38,329 nucleotides of DNA from contig SNRW01000031.1 of assembly GCA_008636045.1 (NCBI GenBank), positions 1 through 38,329 on the forward strand, in the 5' to 3' direction. The stretch comes from Streblomastix strix (taxonomy: Eukaryota). Positions within the stretch are counted from its first letter, which is position 1, and every line of letters begins with the position of its first letter. Both the position numbers and the translations under genes were made by a program. Below are positions 28,701 to 38,329 of the stretch, piece by piece. The notes beneath the pieces are model-generated. The model was not told the DNA's origin and did no database searches. It worked only from the letters and a program-made list of their open reading frames with translations.

Positions 28701-31700
28701 TAAAACGAAGATAATGAATTAACAAAACAAATTATTAATAATGAGAAGGAAAATAAAAAACCTCAATTCATTCTCCCATTATTAGATTTATAAATTTGTG
28801 AATAAATATAAATATCACAAAATTTATCGAATTAGTAATTATCATTATCCGATTTATAAAGTAGTATTGATAAAGATATTGGAAGTGAAAGTAAAAGAAG
28901 TAAATCAGAATAAAGTTAAACTGTGAGTTTAGATTTTGAATAATAAAAAGAAAAGAAAAACTAAATTGAAATTAATAATTTAAATTTTAAATAGAAATAG
29001 AATTAAACAAAGAAAGAAAAACTCAAAAAATAAAGACTAAACAAAAAACGTAATCTATTATTATTAAAGCAACAATAATAGCATAAGCACTTACATAATA
29101 ATTTTAAAGGAACTCCACTTCATGATATAGTTCTACCACCATATGCTCATAAAGATCCTTAATTATTCTCATTGATATAAAGAATTGCTTTAGAATCTCC
29201 GAATGCTTCAAATTAATTATCTAATTGGATTGATTTAATATTTGGATATAAATAAAGAGGACTTGAAGGGGTTAAAGCGATGAATATATTCTCTTATTTG
29301 ACTTATGAAGGCTCAATTAATATTTAATCAATTATTGACCCAGTTACAAAGAAGGGTGCAATTTCTGCTATTTTAAATTTTGGTTAGGTTCCAACTTAAT
29401 TGTTTAATGTGAAACATCAAAATAAACTAATTAGACCTCCTCCTCCTTGCATTTTTGATTATCCTCAAAATATATAATTAAATGGTTATCATTAATTATT
29501 AAATTAATTTGGAAAAACTCCAACATTGTCAAATATATAGTAAAATGGTTTAAGATAGGGAGATAGGGAATAATAGCAAGAAGTAGAATTATATGAGAAT
29601 AAAATCGAATAAAATAAAAAAATGAATATAAAACGTATACTATCACAATATAAATCATTATAAACTGGTTTCAATGATGAAAATTAATAAATATAATAAT
29701 TAAATAATAATAATAATAATAATTTTGCTGTTTCAAGTATGTAAATAAAACCTTCTATTTTCAATTAATAATATGTTCAATAATAATAATCTTCATCTTC
29801 ATCATTTTCTTCTACACCAATTTATACTATAACATCTTCATCTTAATAATAAATTGATGATTCAGAGTAAATAATTGAATGCTTAAGCTAAAAGAGAATA
29901 TTTATCCCAAATGGAAGAGGAATTAATATTGGATTTGGATTCAACGATGGATCAATTAGAATATATATGCCTTTAAATTGCAATATTAATGAAAATGTTA
30001 TGCAATAATTGTTATAATATAATTAATCTTAATAATCTACATCTTCGTATTAATAGCAATAATAATAACAATAACTACAACAATTAGTTAATTAATATAA
30101 AGGGAATATAATATCAATTCATGAAAACATGCATAGATCAACAATTACATCTGCCTCAATTTATTCATCATATATATTTCCCTCTTAATTTGGAGAAGGA
30201 AATGACATTTCTTCTGATTAAGCAAAAGAATTTCCAATTTATCCTCCAGTTCAATCAATTGGTTGGGAAAAAGGAGATTATGTCACAAGCGAATATATTA
30301 GTAATGAAGATAAAGATAGACTGAATAAAGATATTGAATTGGAAGTTATGATGAAAATAGAAGGAGAAATGGAAAAATAGAGAATGAAAAAGTAAGAAAA
30401 GTTGGAAAAATAGAAGAAAAACAAGATGAAAGAAAATTAATATGAAAATTAATCAGATTAATACAGCGAATAATACAATAAAATAGTAAAATAAGAATCA
30501 TAATCTCAATCTTCTGAAAATTCTAATCACCATTCAAATGTCCCTTATCGCTTTTTAAATCAGAAATAAAAAAACTATCCAAATAGTTTATTTGTTAGTT
30601 AATTAATATCAAATTAAATAAATAATAGAATAAAATCGCTATTTTAAGAAATTTCTTCTTCATTATCGATTTATACTGGGTAACTACCTTAATTAGATTA
30701 AAAATAGAGAGATTTTACATTGAAAATAGAAAATGATATTGGGAATGTATATGAAAAAGATAATATTTAAATGAAATAAAGAGAGATTTATAGAGAAAGA
30801 AAAAGAATTGAATTTAATAAATTTATTAATTTTAAATAAAATAATTATAATATTAATAAAAGAGACAAGAAATTGATAATAAAAATATCAAAATTATTTG
30901 GTGTGAATAATAGGAAAATGGTTAAATAGAAAATAAATGAAAGTGATAATGAAATCGGCTAGAGTAGAAATTTGAATATTTACAATAATGCCAATAATAG
31001 TATAAACATTAAGGTCAAAGATTCAGAAAATTTTAATATTAATAGATAATATACATTGTAAAATTAATTTGAAGAAAATAGTTAATATAAAGTTTATTAA
31101 ATAAAAGATAATCAATAATAAAAAAACATATAAACAACACAAGAAAATTATCTTCATTCTCATCCTTCTTCTCCGTCTCATTTTGAACAATAAAACTTTG
31201 AATAAGTTAATAAATTGGACTAAAGTTTACTTCTTTAATAAGATTTATAAATCAATATTGAAAACTAAAATTTAGAAAATGATTAAGAAAGTGAATAAAA
31301 TTTAGATATTTAGATTAATATTAATACTAATAATTCTAATAGTTGGAACAAAGCTAATCTTTAAGACTTAATACCTTCATCCTTATCTCCCTCTTGTACT
31401 AGTTAAAAACAATAAGATGAATAACATATGAATAATTAATAAGAATATGAATAAGAATAATAAGATAAAGACAATGAAATTTAATATGTATTAAGTAGAA
31501 ATAGAGTTAAACAGTTATAAAAAGGAAAAAGAAATTCTGCTAGACTTTAAGACATATTTAATATAAATAATGATATCATTAAAAACAAAGAATTAGTTAA
31601 TAATAGGATATAATAATAAAATATGAATTCAAATGAAGAATAAGCAAAAATTAAAGAAAAATAAAAATAATAACTTTACTTTGAATAAGTATAAATGAAA

Positions 31701-34700
31701 TAAAACCAATTCAGTGAAGAATATGAATAAAATGAAAGCGAAGAAGATGATGAATTGACTTTATTAAATAATATCTCATATGATGTAGATACATATAACG
31801 AAGCTTTCCAATTATATAATAATAATAATCTTTAATAATAAGCATTGAATAAATAATATAATATAATCAACCCATCACAGTCATCATTATCAAATCCATA
31901 TTCAACCGGTGCAATTCCAATTTATTAACACTAATTCTCTTTAAATAAAAGAGATTATCCTTTCTTTGCTTCTCCTTCTGCTGTATCTTATTAGCAAACA
32001 TAATCTTAATCTTTATAATCAAATATTCCTTAATCAATAGCAAACATTCCGATTATTTAATAATATAATTAATTACTCATAAATGGATATTCACCTTCAT
32101 CTTTATTATAATAATCTTAGTAATAATCTTAATAACAATCCCAATAATAATAACCATATACTCCTCCATCTCCATATTCAGCTGCATAAGCTCTCATAAC
32201 TCAGTAACAATCTCCTTATTCAGATTGTTCAATAACAAATAATATGTCTTAATAATAATCCTAATCCCCATTATGTTCGGATTAAGGCTTTATTTTATTA
32301 ACTGGAGATTAAAATGGCCTCATATCAGTTTGGAAATTTACTTATTAATAAAATATAAGATAGAATATGATATAGAGAGCTAGTATGGCAAGTTCTTTAA
32401 CCTAATAGAATGTATAATCATCAACTACTTTTACTCCAACACATGCATCAATTTCTGCTCCATCATAATAATTGCACCCTTTTTCTGATAATAATAATAA
32501 TAACAATTAAATAGAATAAGTTGATTAAGAAGAAGTAGAAGAATTAAGTAAGTTAAATTTTGGATGGGAAAATGGAATTAATTATATGTCTTAAATATAA
32601 ATAGATGATAAAAATGTGGATAATAATGAGAATGAAAACAAATTATTAAATGAAAATGAAATTTAAAATAAAGTTAAAAATGAAATAGGAATAAATACTG
32701 ATCTGAAAATTTAAGATCATTCTATTTAAAATTCTTTAAACTAAGCACAACAAAATACAATAGATATAACCCAATAGAATTTGCCAAAAAATACAATTTA
32801 TTAACCATCATCCTTACAATTATCTTAATATCCTTCATAATTGCCCTTCTTTGGAAATAAATTATCGAATTCTCAATCAGCATAAATACACAGAAATTTA
32901 TTTATAAATTCATTTTCATAATTTAGCTTTTAACCAAAATAATAAATATTACCTTCAACATCAACTTCTTCATTCACAAATCCTTTTTCTGCATCTTCAC
33001 CAGATTAATCACAATAACTGATATAATAAGGATAAATAAATTTCAATTCTATAACTCCATCTATAAGCTCAATTCGTATAAAATATCCATAATCTACAAT
33101 TACATATTAATAATTAATATATAACAATTCTAATGAATAACAGTCTAACCTGAATGATTAAAATAAATTATATTTGTATTTATGTGCATCTTAAGGATAT
33201 GTTTAAGCTGGATTTGGTTCTTCACTTGGTTTATTCGATTATAAAGATATTATTGATTATAATAATGTTAAAAACATATTTTAGAAAAATAATAAATAAA
33301 AGAAATTAAAATAGAGAGATATTTATATGGTAAAAAAGCAAATAAATAATAAAAATAAAAACATAATCAAACAAGAATAACTATATTTTGATAAATCTGA
33401 TGAAAGTTCAAACAGTTCTGATACTAATTCTTCTTAATCTTCTACATCTTCATCATATTCTTCACCTTAAAATAAAATAAATTAACATAATGAAAAAGAA
33501 ACAGCCGTTTCAGCATAATAATAAAATATTAATATTCATCAAATTAAAAGGGAAAAATCGCCAGTATCTTTTTCACCTCATTCTACGCATTCAATCTCAC
33601 CATCTTCTTCAGCTCATTATTCTTCTAATAATTCATCTCAATAATCAACATTTGAATCAATTAAAGATACTTCTAATAATTTTTATTTTAAAATGAAGAG
33701 AAGTGGTTCTACACCAAACTTTTCATAATTACTTTCTTCTCCTGCATCTGATGATTAAACAAATAAGAAAGTGGATATTAATGATTTGGATGTAAAATAA
33801 TAGTAAAAAGAAGAAGATAAATAAGAAAATCAAACATCTATGAAATCAGATTATAAATCAGAAAGTTTAAATATATAATTAGAAGATAAAAATGATAATT
33901 CTTTGTAATAAAATCAGTAATAAGATTAATAATCACAATTTCAAACACCTCGATCATCACAATCTTCTATTTCTAAACAATCACCACCAACTTCATATAA
34001 CTCGTCTTTATAATCTTTTAATTCTTAATAACAAAACAACCAAATTCAATAAAGGTCTCAAACTGCTTAATAATCACCATAGAAATAGAAATAATAGTAA
34101 TTGCCTTAGAATATCTTAGCATAACATAATTTTAACTTTTAATCTTCTTCTACAAATCTTTAATTTTCTTAATTTGCATTCCATCCTTCACCAACTCCAA
34201 TATAATTATCATCTCATAAAAGATAATAACCGTTTACTGCTCCTTCTACTTATTAAAATTAAAAATAAAATCAGTAAGTATTTACATACAATTAAAAATT
34301 TATATAATAAATTGGACATAACATAAATTCAATATAACCTTAATCAACAGGATCGTAAATTCATAAATCAGATTAAAATAAATCAAATGAATAAAATGAA
34401 ATAATTAAATCTCTCATTCTTTCTTAATCCAATTAATAATAATAATTAATAATGATTGGGCCTGGGGTGCCTCTCATTCATAATAGAAGTGGATTCTAAC
34501 ATCTAAGATTCATAGGAAGATCTCCTGCATCAGTTGTCATAGGTGCTCGGAATGGATTTATTTAACCATAAAGACAATTATAGCCTTCAATTTAATCATC
34601 TTCTCCTCGCTCTCCTCGTTCTTAGACTTCTCAAACAATATAATAAACATAATAAGATTCTTAGAGTCATATACAGTAGTAATAATCTTAATAAATTCCC

Positions 34701-36737
34701 CTTCCTCCAAATCCATATACTTAAATATCCTCATCTTCGTTCCCTGCATAACATTCATAATGGATGAATACATAATCATCTTAAAATTCATATAAATGTG
34801 ATCATATTGCAGATTTAGTTGGCCATTAATGTCAAATCGTTTGTATTACAACAGAAGAATCTGTTAAATTAGCAGCATCTGGAGATGTTAGTGGAATTGT
34901 TATTGTGTGGGACATGCTAAGATTAAAGATTATGCATATACTTTCAATCGTTCCTCATCCTAGTTATAATATAAATTAACATTCTTCTTTTTCAAATGAA
35001 AATATAAATAGAGATGAACTGAAAATGAATAACCATCCAATATTAAGTTAGTTAGATATCATCAATTTAGTTGGATTCAAAAGAAAGAGAAATTATACTT
35101 CAAATGGGAATAATAATCATTTAAACACATAATTATCTGATTCATAACATTAGTCAGCATAATTATTCCCATAATTAATAAACGCACCTGTTTCAGCTCT
35201 TCATATTGTTCCACATTCAGGTCATATTTTTGCATCAAATGGAATTATATTAACAGAATGGAATGATCAGGGAGAAAGAATATTATTATAAAAATCTACT
35301 TATAACAAAGACTAATAAATTAAATAGAAAAGAAAAGGAAAATTTGCTTTATTAAATAATGATAATATAGCAAATTTAGTTGATGAAAATGAAACGATTA
35401 TTACTTCAATAAATACATTGAATAGAGATAGAAATATCCTAAATGCAGGAACAATGAATACTATACAAAATATTGGAATCAACAACAATATTGATAAATA
35501 TGAAGGAAATATTGAAATTGGATTTGGAGCAGCTGAAAATCCTATGCTTATTACTGGTCATTCTGATGGTAAAGTGAAATTATGGGAAGTCAGGAGAAAA
35601 TAATAGAAAATAACGTTTATACCATCTTAAATTGCTAATATATCTCGCGCTTCTATTATAAGCATTGATAATAAAGAATAATTTGATAAAGAAAATGAAA
35701 ATGAAGATATAAATATTTAAAGTAAGAAATAATAATGCGCAGATTCTGGTTTTAGTCTAGTCAATACACCAACAATAAGTGGGAGATATAATTAATCAAA
35801 TTCATTAAGTAAAAATCCATTAATGATGCTTATAACATCTATTTCTGATTTAACTGACTTTACTCCCAAATAAGCTTGGGAATGTGCATAAACAAAATAA
35901 GAGTTTGCAACTATAATTGTTGAGAGTATTGTATCTATAGCATGGGAATCAGCTACAGCATAGTTTTCATTTCCAACTTCATCCAGTCGTGATTATCTTA
36001 AATTAATTACTGAACTTAATACAAGCACATCTTCATCTAATCCAACTTCTTATATTTCTCATATATTTACATAATAACGACTAGTAGATAAAGCTACTCA
36101 TATAAATCCTATTTCACTATAATAATAGAAATAATAAGATTTACAATTCTCTATTCAGTATAATGGAACAAATGAAAAGCAAAGTCAATACCCATAACGT
36201 CCTCTTCGAGATATGTCTCTTGATCCTCAAAATATGTAAAATTATTAATCTTATATTTAATCTAATTAATCAACTTTACCAAAATAAGAGAATATCTCAA
36301 TGCAAAATTTACAAATTAATAAAGATTATACTGATAGCATCTCATGTACTGCAATTTCTGGTGATGCAATGGTCCTTGCTGCTGGTACTTGTGGAGGTCG
36401 TGTATTAACATGGACTGTGAAGAAATCTGAGGAAACTAACAAATATAAAAATGAGGATTAAGATCAAAAAATCTAAAATTGTGAGAAATGTAAAGCAAAA
36501 TTCTCATTCGGTAAAACGAGATAAATATGCAGGAAATGTTATGGAACATTTTGTACAGCTTGTACTTCCAAGACAATTCCACTTCCTCAATTTGGATTCA
36601 CGTATAGAAATCAAGCGCATGTTTGTGATAATTGCTTTAACTATATTCTAAATTCTTCCCTACCGAATGGAGGTTTATTCAAAGGACCTCTTGATGATTT
36701 TCCTATTAATCTGTTAAAAAATTAATCATAACAGTGA
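1723..36737 (+). CDS. WDFY3: Giant WDFY3/ALFY/LvsA-like BEACH-domain protein (ConA-like, PH, BEACH, WD40, FYVE); join(1723..1814,1868..2059,2122..2342,2395..36737); table 6; one internal TGA at 6834-6836
   Basis: Spliced length is 34,848 nt = 11,616 codons including the stop. It starts MFWQKQYGGQPGAQGPS. BEACH hallmarks: [100 protein letters not shown]. PH motif ILPRRYTLQPTAIEIF; WD40 motifs LVGH...ASGDVSGIVIVWD and LITGHSDGKVKLW; C-terminal 8-Cys FYVE-type finger. The domain order and N-terminal segment (DIIRFM...LSSLIVFFLYVYAKLP) resemble WDFY3 as recalled from memory, not from a search. Confidence 0.9.
1815..1867 (+). other. Spliceosomal intron 1 of the BEACH gene (53 nt)
   Basis: GTATGA...ttattttgttgCAG, T-rich; removal joins ...DNDN to NIIKYVTIMNNKW in frame. 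Confidence 0.8.
2060..2121 (+). other. Spliceosomal intron 2 of the BEACH gene (62 nt)
   Basis: GTTTAA...tttctttcttttgaaatCAG; removal gives FGNMQLFCDSIILR-LNMQIDLIDKN, in frame with track ORF 2129..2365. Confidence 0.75.
2343..2394 (+). other. Spliceosomal intron 3 of the BEACH gene (52 nt)
   Basis: GTAAAA...aatatttgaaTAG; contains the TGA that ends track ORF 2129..2365; removal joins AKLPAALD to DFEQKMREEMC, which opens the 34-kb frame. Confidence 0.85.
6834..6836 (+). other. Single internal in-frame TGA (codon 1649 of the spliced model)
   Basis: ...CCT TAA TAA TCT GCA TGA TAG ACT AAA AAT CCA... (PQQSA*QTKNP); the coding-like frame continues unchanged on both sides. Confidence 0.9.
11877..13230 (+). 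other. Concanavalin A/LamG-like domain of the BEACH protein, interrupted by insertions
   Basis: Motifs in order: IRFDLTQNQEAYLQI..RIWPP, GYTIAFWIRID, FGRWHHICICH, IYMIIDG, LWWLGSFLISDEILSWQQISMIYQLGQQYIGLYQG, typical of the neurobeachin/WDFY3 beta-sandwich. Confidence 0.75.
12606..12641 (+). repeat. 12-nt coding tandem repeat x3 (TAATACAATTAA, QYNQ)
   Basis: Three perfect in-frame copies inside the ConA-like domain insertion. Confidence 0.85.
21289..21419 (+). repeat. Purine-only tract encoding an E/K/R-rich, partly (EK)n stretch
   Basis: Only A/G from 21289-21338 and 21341-21419; translates as EKEEKEKKKEEEEKKKLEKKKEKEREKEKEKEKEKEKEKEKER. Confidence 0.85.
25410..26640 (+). other. BEACH-associated PH domain split by a large insertion
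   Basis: The N-half RIYFAVQIRRIEGQLDEQHGLLLLNQQSIIIIDDL (25410-25515) and C-half IPLCDIVDILPRRYTLQPTAIEIFTLSGQSHFIVFEN (26529-26639) match the PH_BEACH pattern. Confidence 0.85.
27144..29426 (+). other. BEACH domain (761 codons including two large insertions)
   Basis: All canonical BEACH blocks are present in order, from [13 protein letters not shown] to [13 protein letters not shown]. Confidence 0.95.
28524..28589 (+). repeat. 21-nt coding tandem repeat x3 (LLYDQQQ/LLQVQQQ/LLYDQQQ)
   Basis: TTATTATACGATTAATAATAA, TTATTATAAGTTTAATAATAA, TTATTATACGATTAATAATAA; lies within the second BEACH insertion. Confidence 0.85.
29890..36420 (+). other. WD40 propeller region, blades dispersed by very long insertions
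   Basis: KRIFIPNGRGINIGFGFNDGSIRIY; HENMHRSTITSA; LLTGDQNGLISVWKF; LVGHQCQIVCITTEESVKLAASGDVSGIVIVWDM; APVSALHIVPHSGHIFASNGIILTEWN; LITGHSDGKVKLW; ISCTAISGDAMVLAAGTCGGRVLTWTV. Confidence 0.85.
36480..36635 (+). other. C-terminal FYVE-type zinc finger with degenerate PI3P-binding motifs
   Basis: CEKCKAKFSFGKTRQICRKCYGTFCTACTSKTIPLPQFGFTYRNQAHVCDNC: four CxxC pairs with FYVE spacing. Confidence 0.9.
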
Positions 36738-37433
36738 TTTTAATTTATAATATTGTTATTTTTTGTCGATTAATAATAAATTTTTTATTTGATTAGTAAT
36801 TTGTTAATACAAATATTTAAAAATGATTGCAATACTTGATTAATGATAATGATAAATATAAATTAATTAAATGAGTAAATTAATGATAATTATTATCTTT
36901 AATTTACCGAAACAATTAGTTCATAGTTTGGTGCATTTCTCTTCTCGGGATCATACGAGTATGTATCTGTACATCATTTATTCTTACCAAAGCTTGTTTA
37001 TTTTATTTATATGACTTTCAACTTAAATGACGCAAAAACAAATATTAAAAAACATAAAATCATTCAAATATCATTTTGCGAGCTATTTCTCAGGTATTTC
37101 TGTATAGTTATAAATTTATATTTTATTAGTTTTGCATTGAAAAAGTTTTTATATCTTTTTTATCTCGGAAAGACTCGAAATCTCAGACTTTCGTATTGAA
37201 CCGCCAACTTCAAAAATACAATTTATTCCATTTATGGTCGGCAATATATATCATTTGAACTTGTTTAATTTATACTTAATAGAATTAAACTTTAAATAAT
37301 AGAATTTAAAAACCAAAATATCTCCTTTATTCGATATCGAAATATTTATTTATTAATTTCCAAAATCATTTCAAACATAAATAATTTTACATTAATATTT
37401 ATATTAATATTTTCTCTTTCTTTTTATTTGTAG

Positions 37434-38329
37434 ATGGCAGCAAGATTTACTCCGGTTTGTTAAGCGTATTATTAAAATCTTTTTGATATGTTTCAAATAA
37501 ATATTCATAATTATCCATCATTTTTCTATTTTCTATTTTCCTCATAATAATAATTATTTATTGCTTATTTATTTATTTCAAATTCAAATTCAATAAGAAT
37601 ATTTATTCTATTATTTAAATCTTATATTCACAAAACTTTGATTATCTAATTTCTATTTTTTTTTTATTCATTTCTCTAATTTTCCAAACATTATGTATAT
37701 ATTAATATTATTATTTTTATAGGTAATGGTTATGCAATAGCATAGGTGTGAATGAATATATAGAAAATTATTTTCAATAATATTATCTTTATTGTATAAC
37801 ATACCCATTTCATTATTTGGTAATTGAATTAAATTAGAGAATTGCTCAAAAAAGAAGGCATTGCTCGAGAGAAATTCAGAGGTAAAAGTCCTGAGAAAGA
37901 TTTAAGAGAATTAACAACTGAATCATAGTAATAACTTAGATATGCTCCTAATTTTGATCCACAACCTTGGTTGAAGAAGGAAGGATCTGAAAAACCTCGT
38001 CTTGAAGATTATAACTTTAATTGGTCAACAAGATCTGGTCAAACTACAAAATCTGCCAATAACTAACCACAGAATTGGTAGAGCTGGTAGAAAAAATAGG
38101 AAACTAGCTAATAACCTCGTCCATAGATTGTCTCAGAATCATCAAACGCATATCATGCAAATATCTCAGACTCTCAGAATTAGGTTACAACAAAAAGAGA
38201 ATATTATCCAAATGAATAATATATTCGAAGTTGCATGAAAAATACTCTTATGACAGCAAAAAATCCAGATACAGATGCTCAGAATACACAATAAAGGGAA
38301 AGTGGAACGACCTATTGGACATAAATTTA
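37434..38329 (+). CDS. Hypothetical protein, 3'-partial; join(37434..37454,37723..37745,37838..>38329); table 6
   Basis: Spliced translation: MAARFTP-VMVMQQHR-ELLKKEGIAREKFRGKSPEKDLRELTTESQQQLRYAPNFDPQPWLKKEGSEKPRLEDYNFNWSTRSGQ...RESGTTYWTQI. No TGA in exon 3 up to the window end, and both GT-AG junctions keep frame. Confidence 0.75.
37455..37722 (+). other. Spliceosomal intron (268 nt) of the right-hand gene
   Basis: GTTTGT...ttatttttaTAG, extremely T-rich, phase 0. Confidence 0.65.
37746..37837 (+). other. Spliceosomal intron (92 nt) of the right-hand gene
   Basis: GTGTGA...gaattaaatTAG, phase 2; AG|A restores an Arg codon and the long open frame. Confidence 0.65.

Noticed and set aside
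1723..36737. Calling the whole locus a pseudogene
   Set aside because: Only one lesion in ~11,600 codons, no frameshifts, intact splice sites and conserved domain cores indicate current or very recent purifying selection.
37027..37082. SECIS-like ATGA-cgcaaaa...ttttgc-GA stem that might recode TGA 6834 as selenocysteine
   Set aside because: The helix is only 6-7 bp with an oversized loop, not the ~11-12 bp helix II geometry. The TGA also sits in a non-conserved low-complexity linker rather than a Cys-homologous site.
374..38238. The short ORFs in the supplied six-frame track, many hydrophobic and I/L/F/N-rich
   Set aside because: They were computed with TAA/TAG as stops and are off-frame or antisense shadows of low-complexity coding DNA or intergenic chance ORFs. 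Only 2129..2365 (exon 3 running into intron 3) and 35418..35603 are in the true frame of the BEACH gene.
1..38329. CRISPR arrays, tRNA/rRNA genes, telomeric repeats, inteins
   Set aside because: No regularly spaced repeats, cloverleaf or rRNA-like sequence, or telomere tracts were seen. The insertions are low-complexity and show no Hint or endonuclease motifs.

Overview
Very AT-rich eukaryotic genomic DNA that uses a non-standard nuclear code: TAA/TAG encode Gln and TGA is the only stop (translation table 6). The supplied standard-code ORF track is therefore almost entirely off-frame noise. About 91% of the window is one giant + strand gene (ATG 1723 to TGA 36737) with three short 5' introns followed by a ~34.3 kb exon. 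It encodes a WDFY3/ALFY/LvsA-type BEACH protein with the order N-terminal helical region, ConA/LamG-like domain, PH, BEACH, WD40, FYVE. The model is ~11,600 codons, roughly three times the usual size, because low-complexity Q/N/S/E/K insertions sit even inside the folded domains. My manual scan found exactly one internal in-frame TGA (6834-6836). A divergent minus-strand gene beginning MGQSQS lies to the left; it runs into a perfect 119-bp inverted duplication at the window edge, which may be an amplification chimera. A micro-exon-containing gene starts at 37434 and runs off the right edge. The code and composition would fit an oxymonad such as Streblomastix or a ciliate (inference only).
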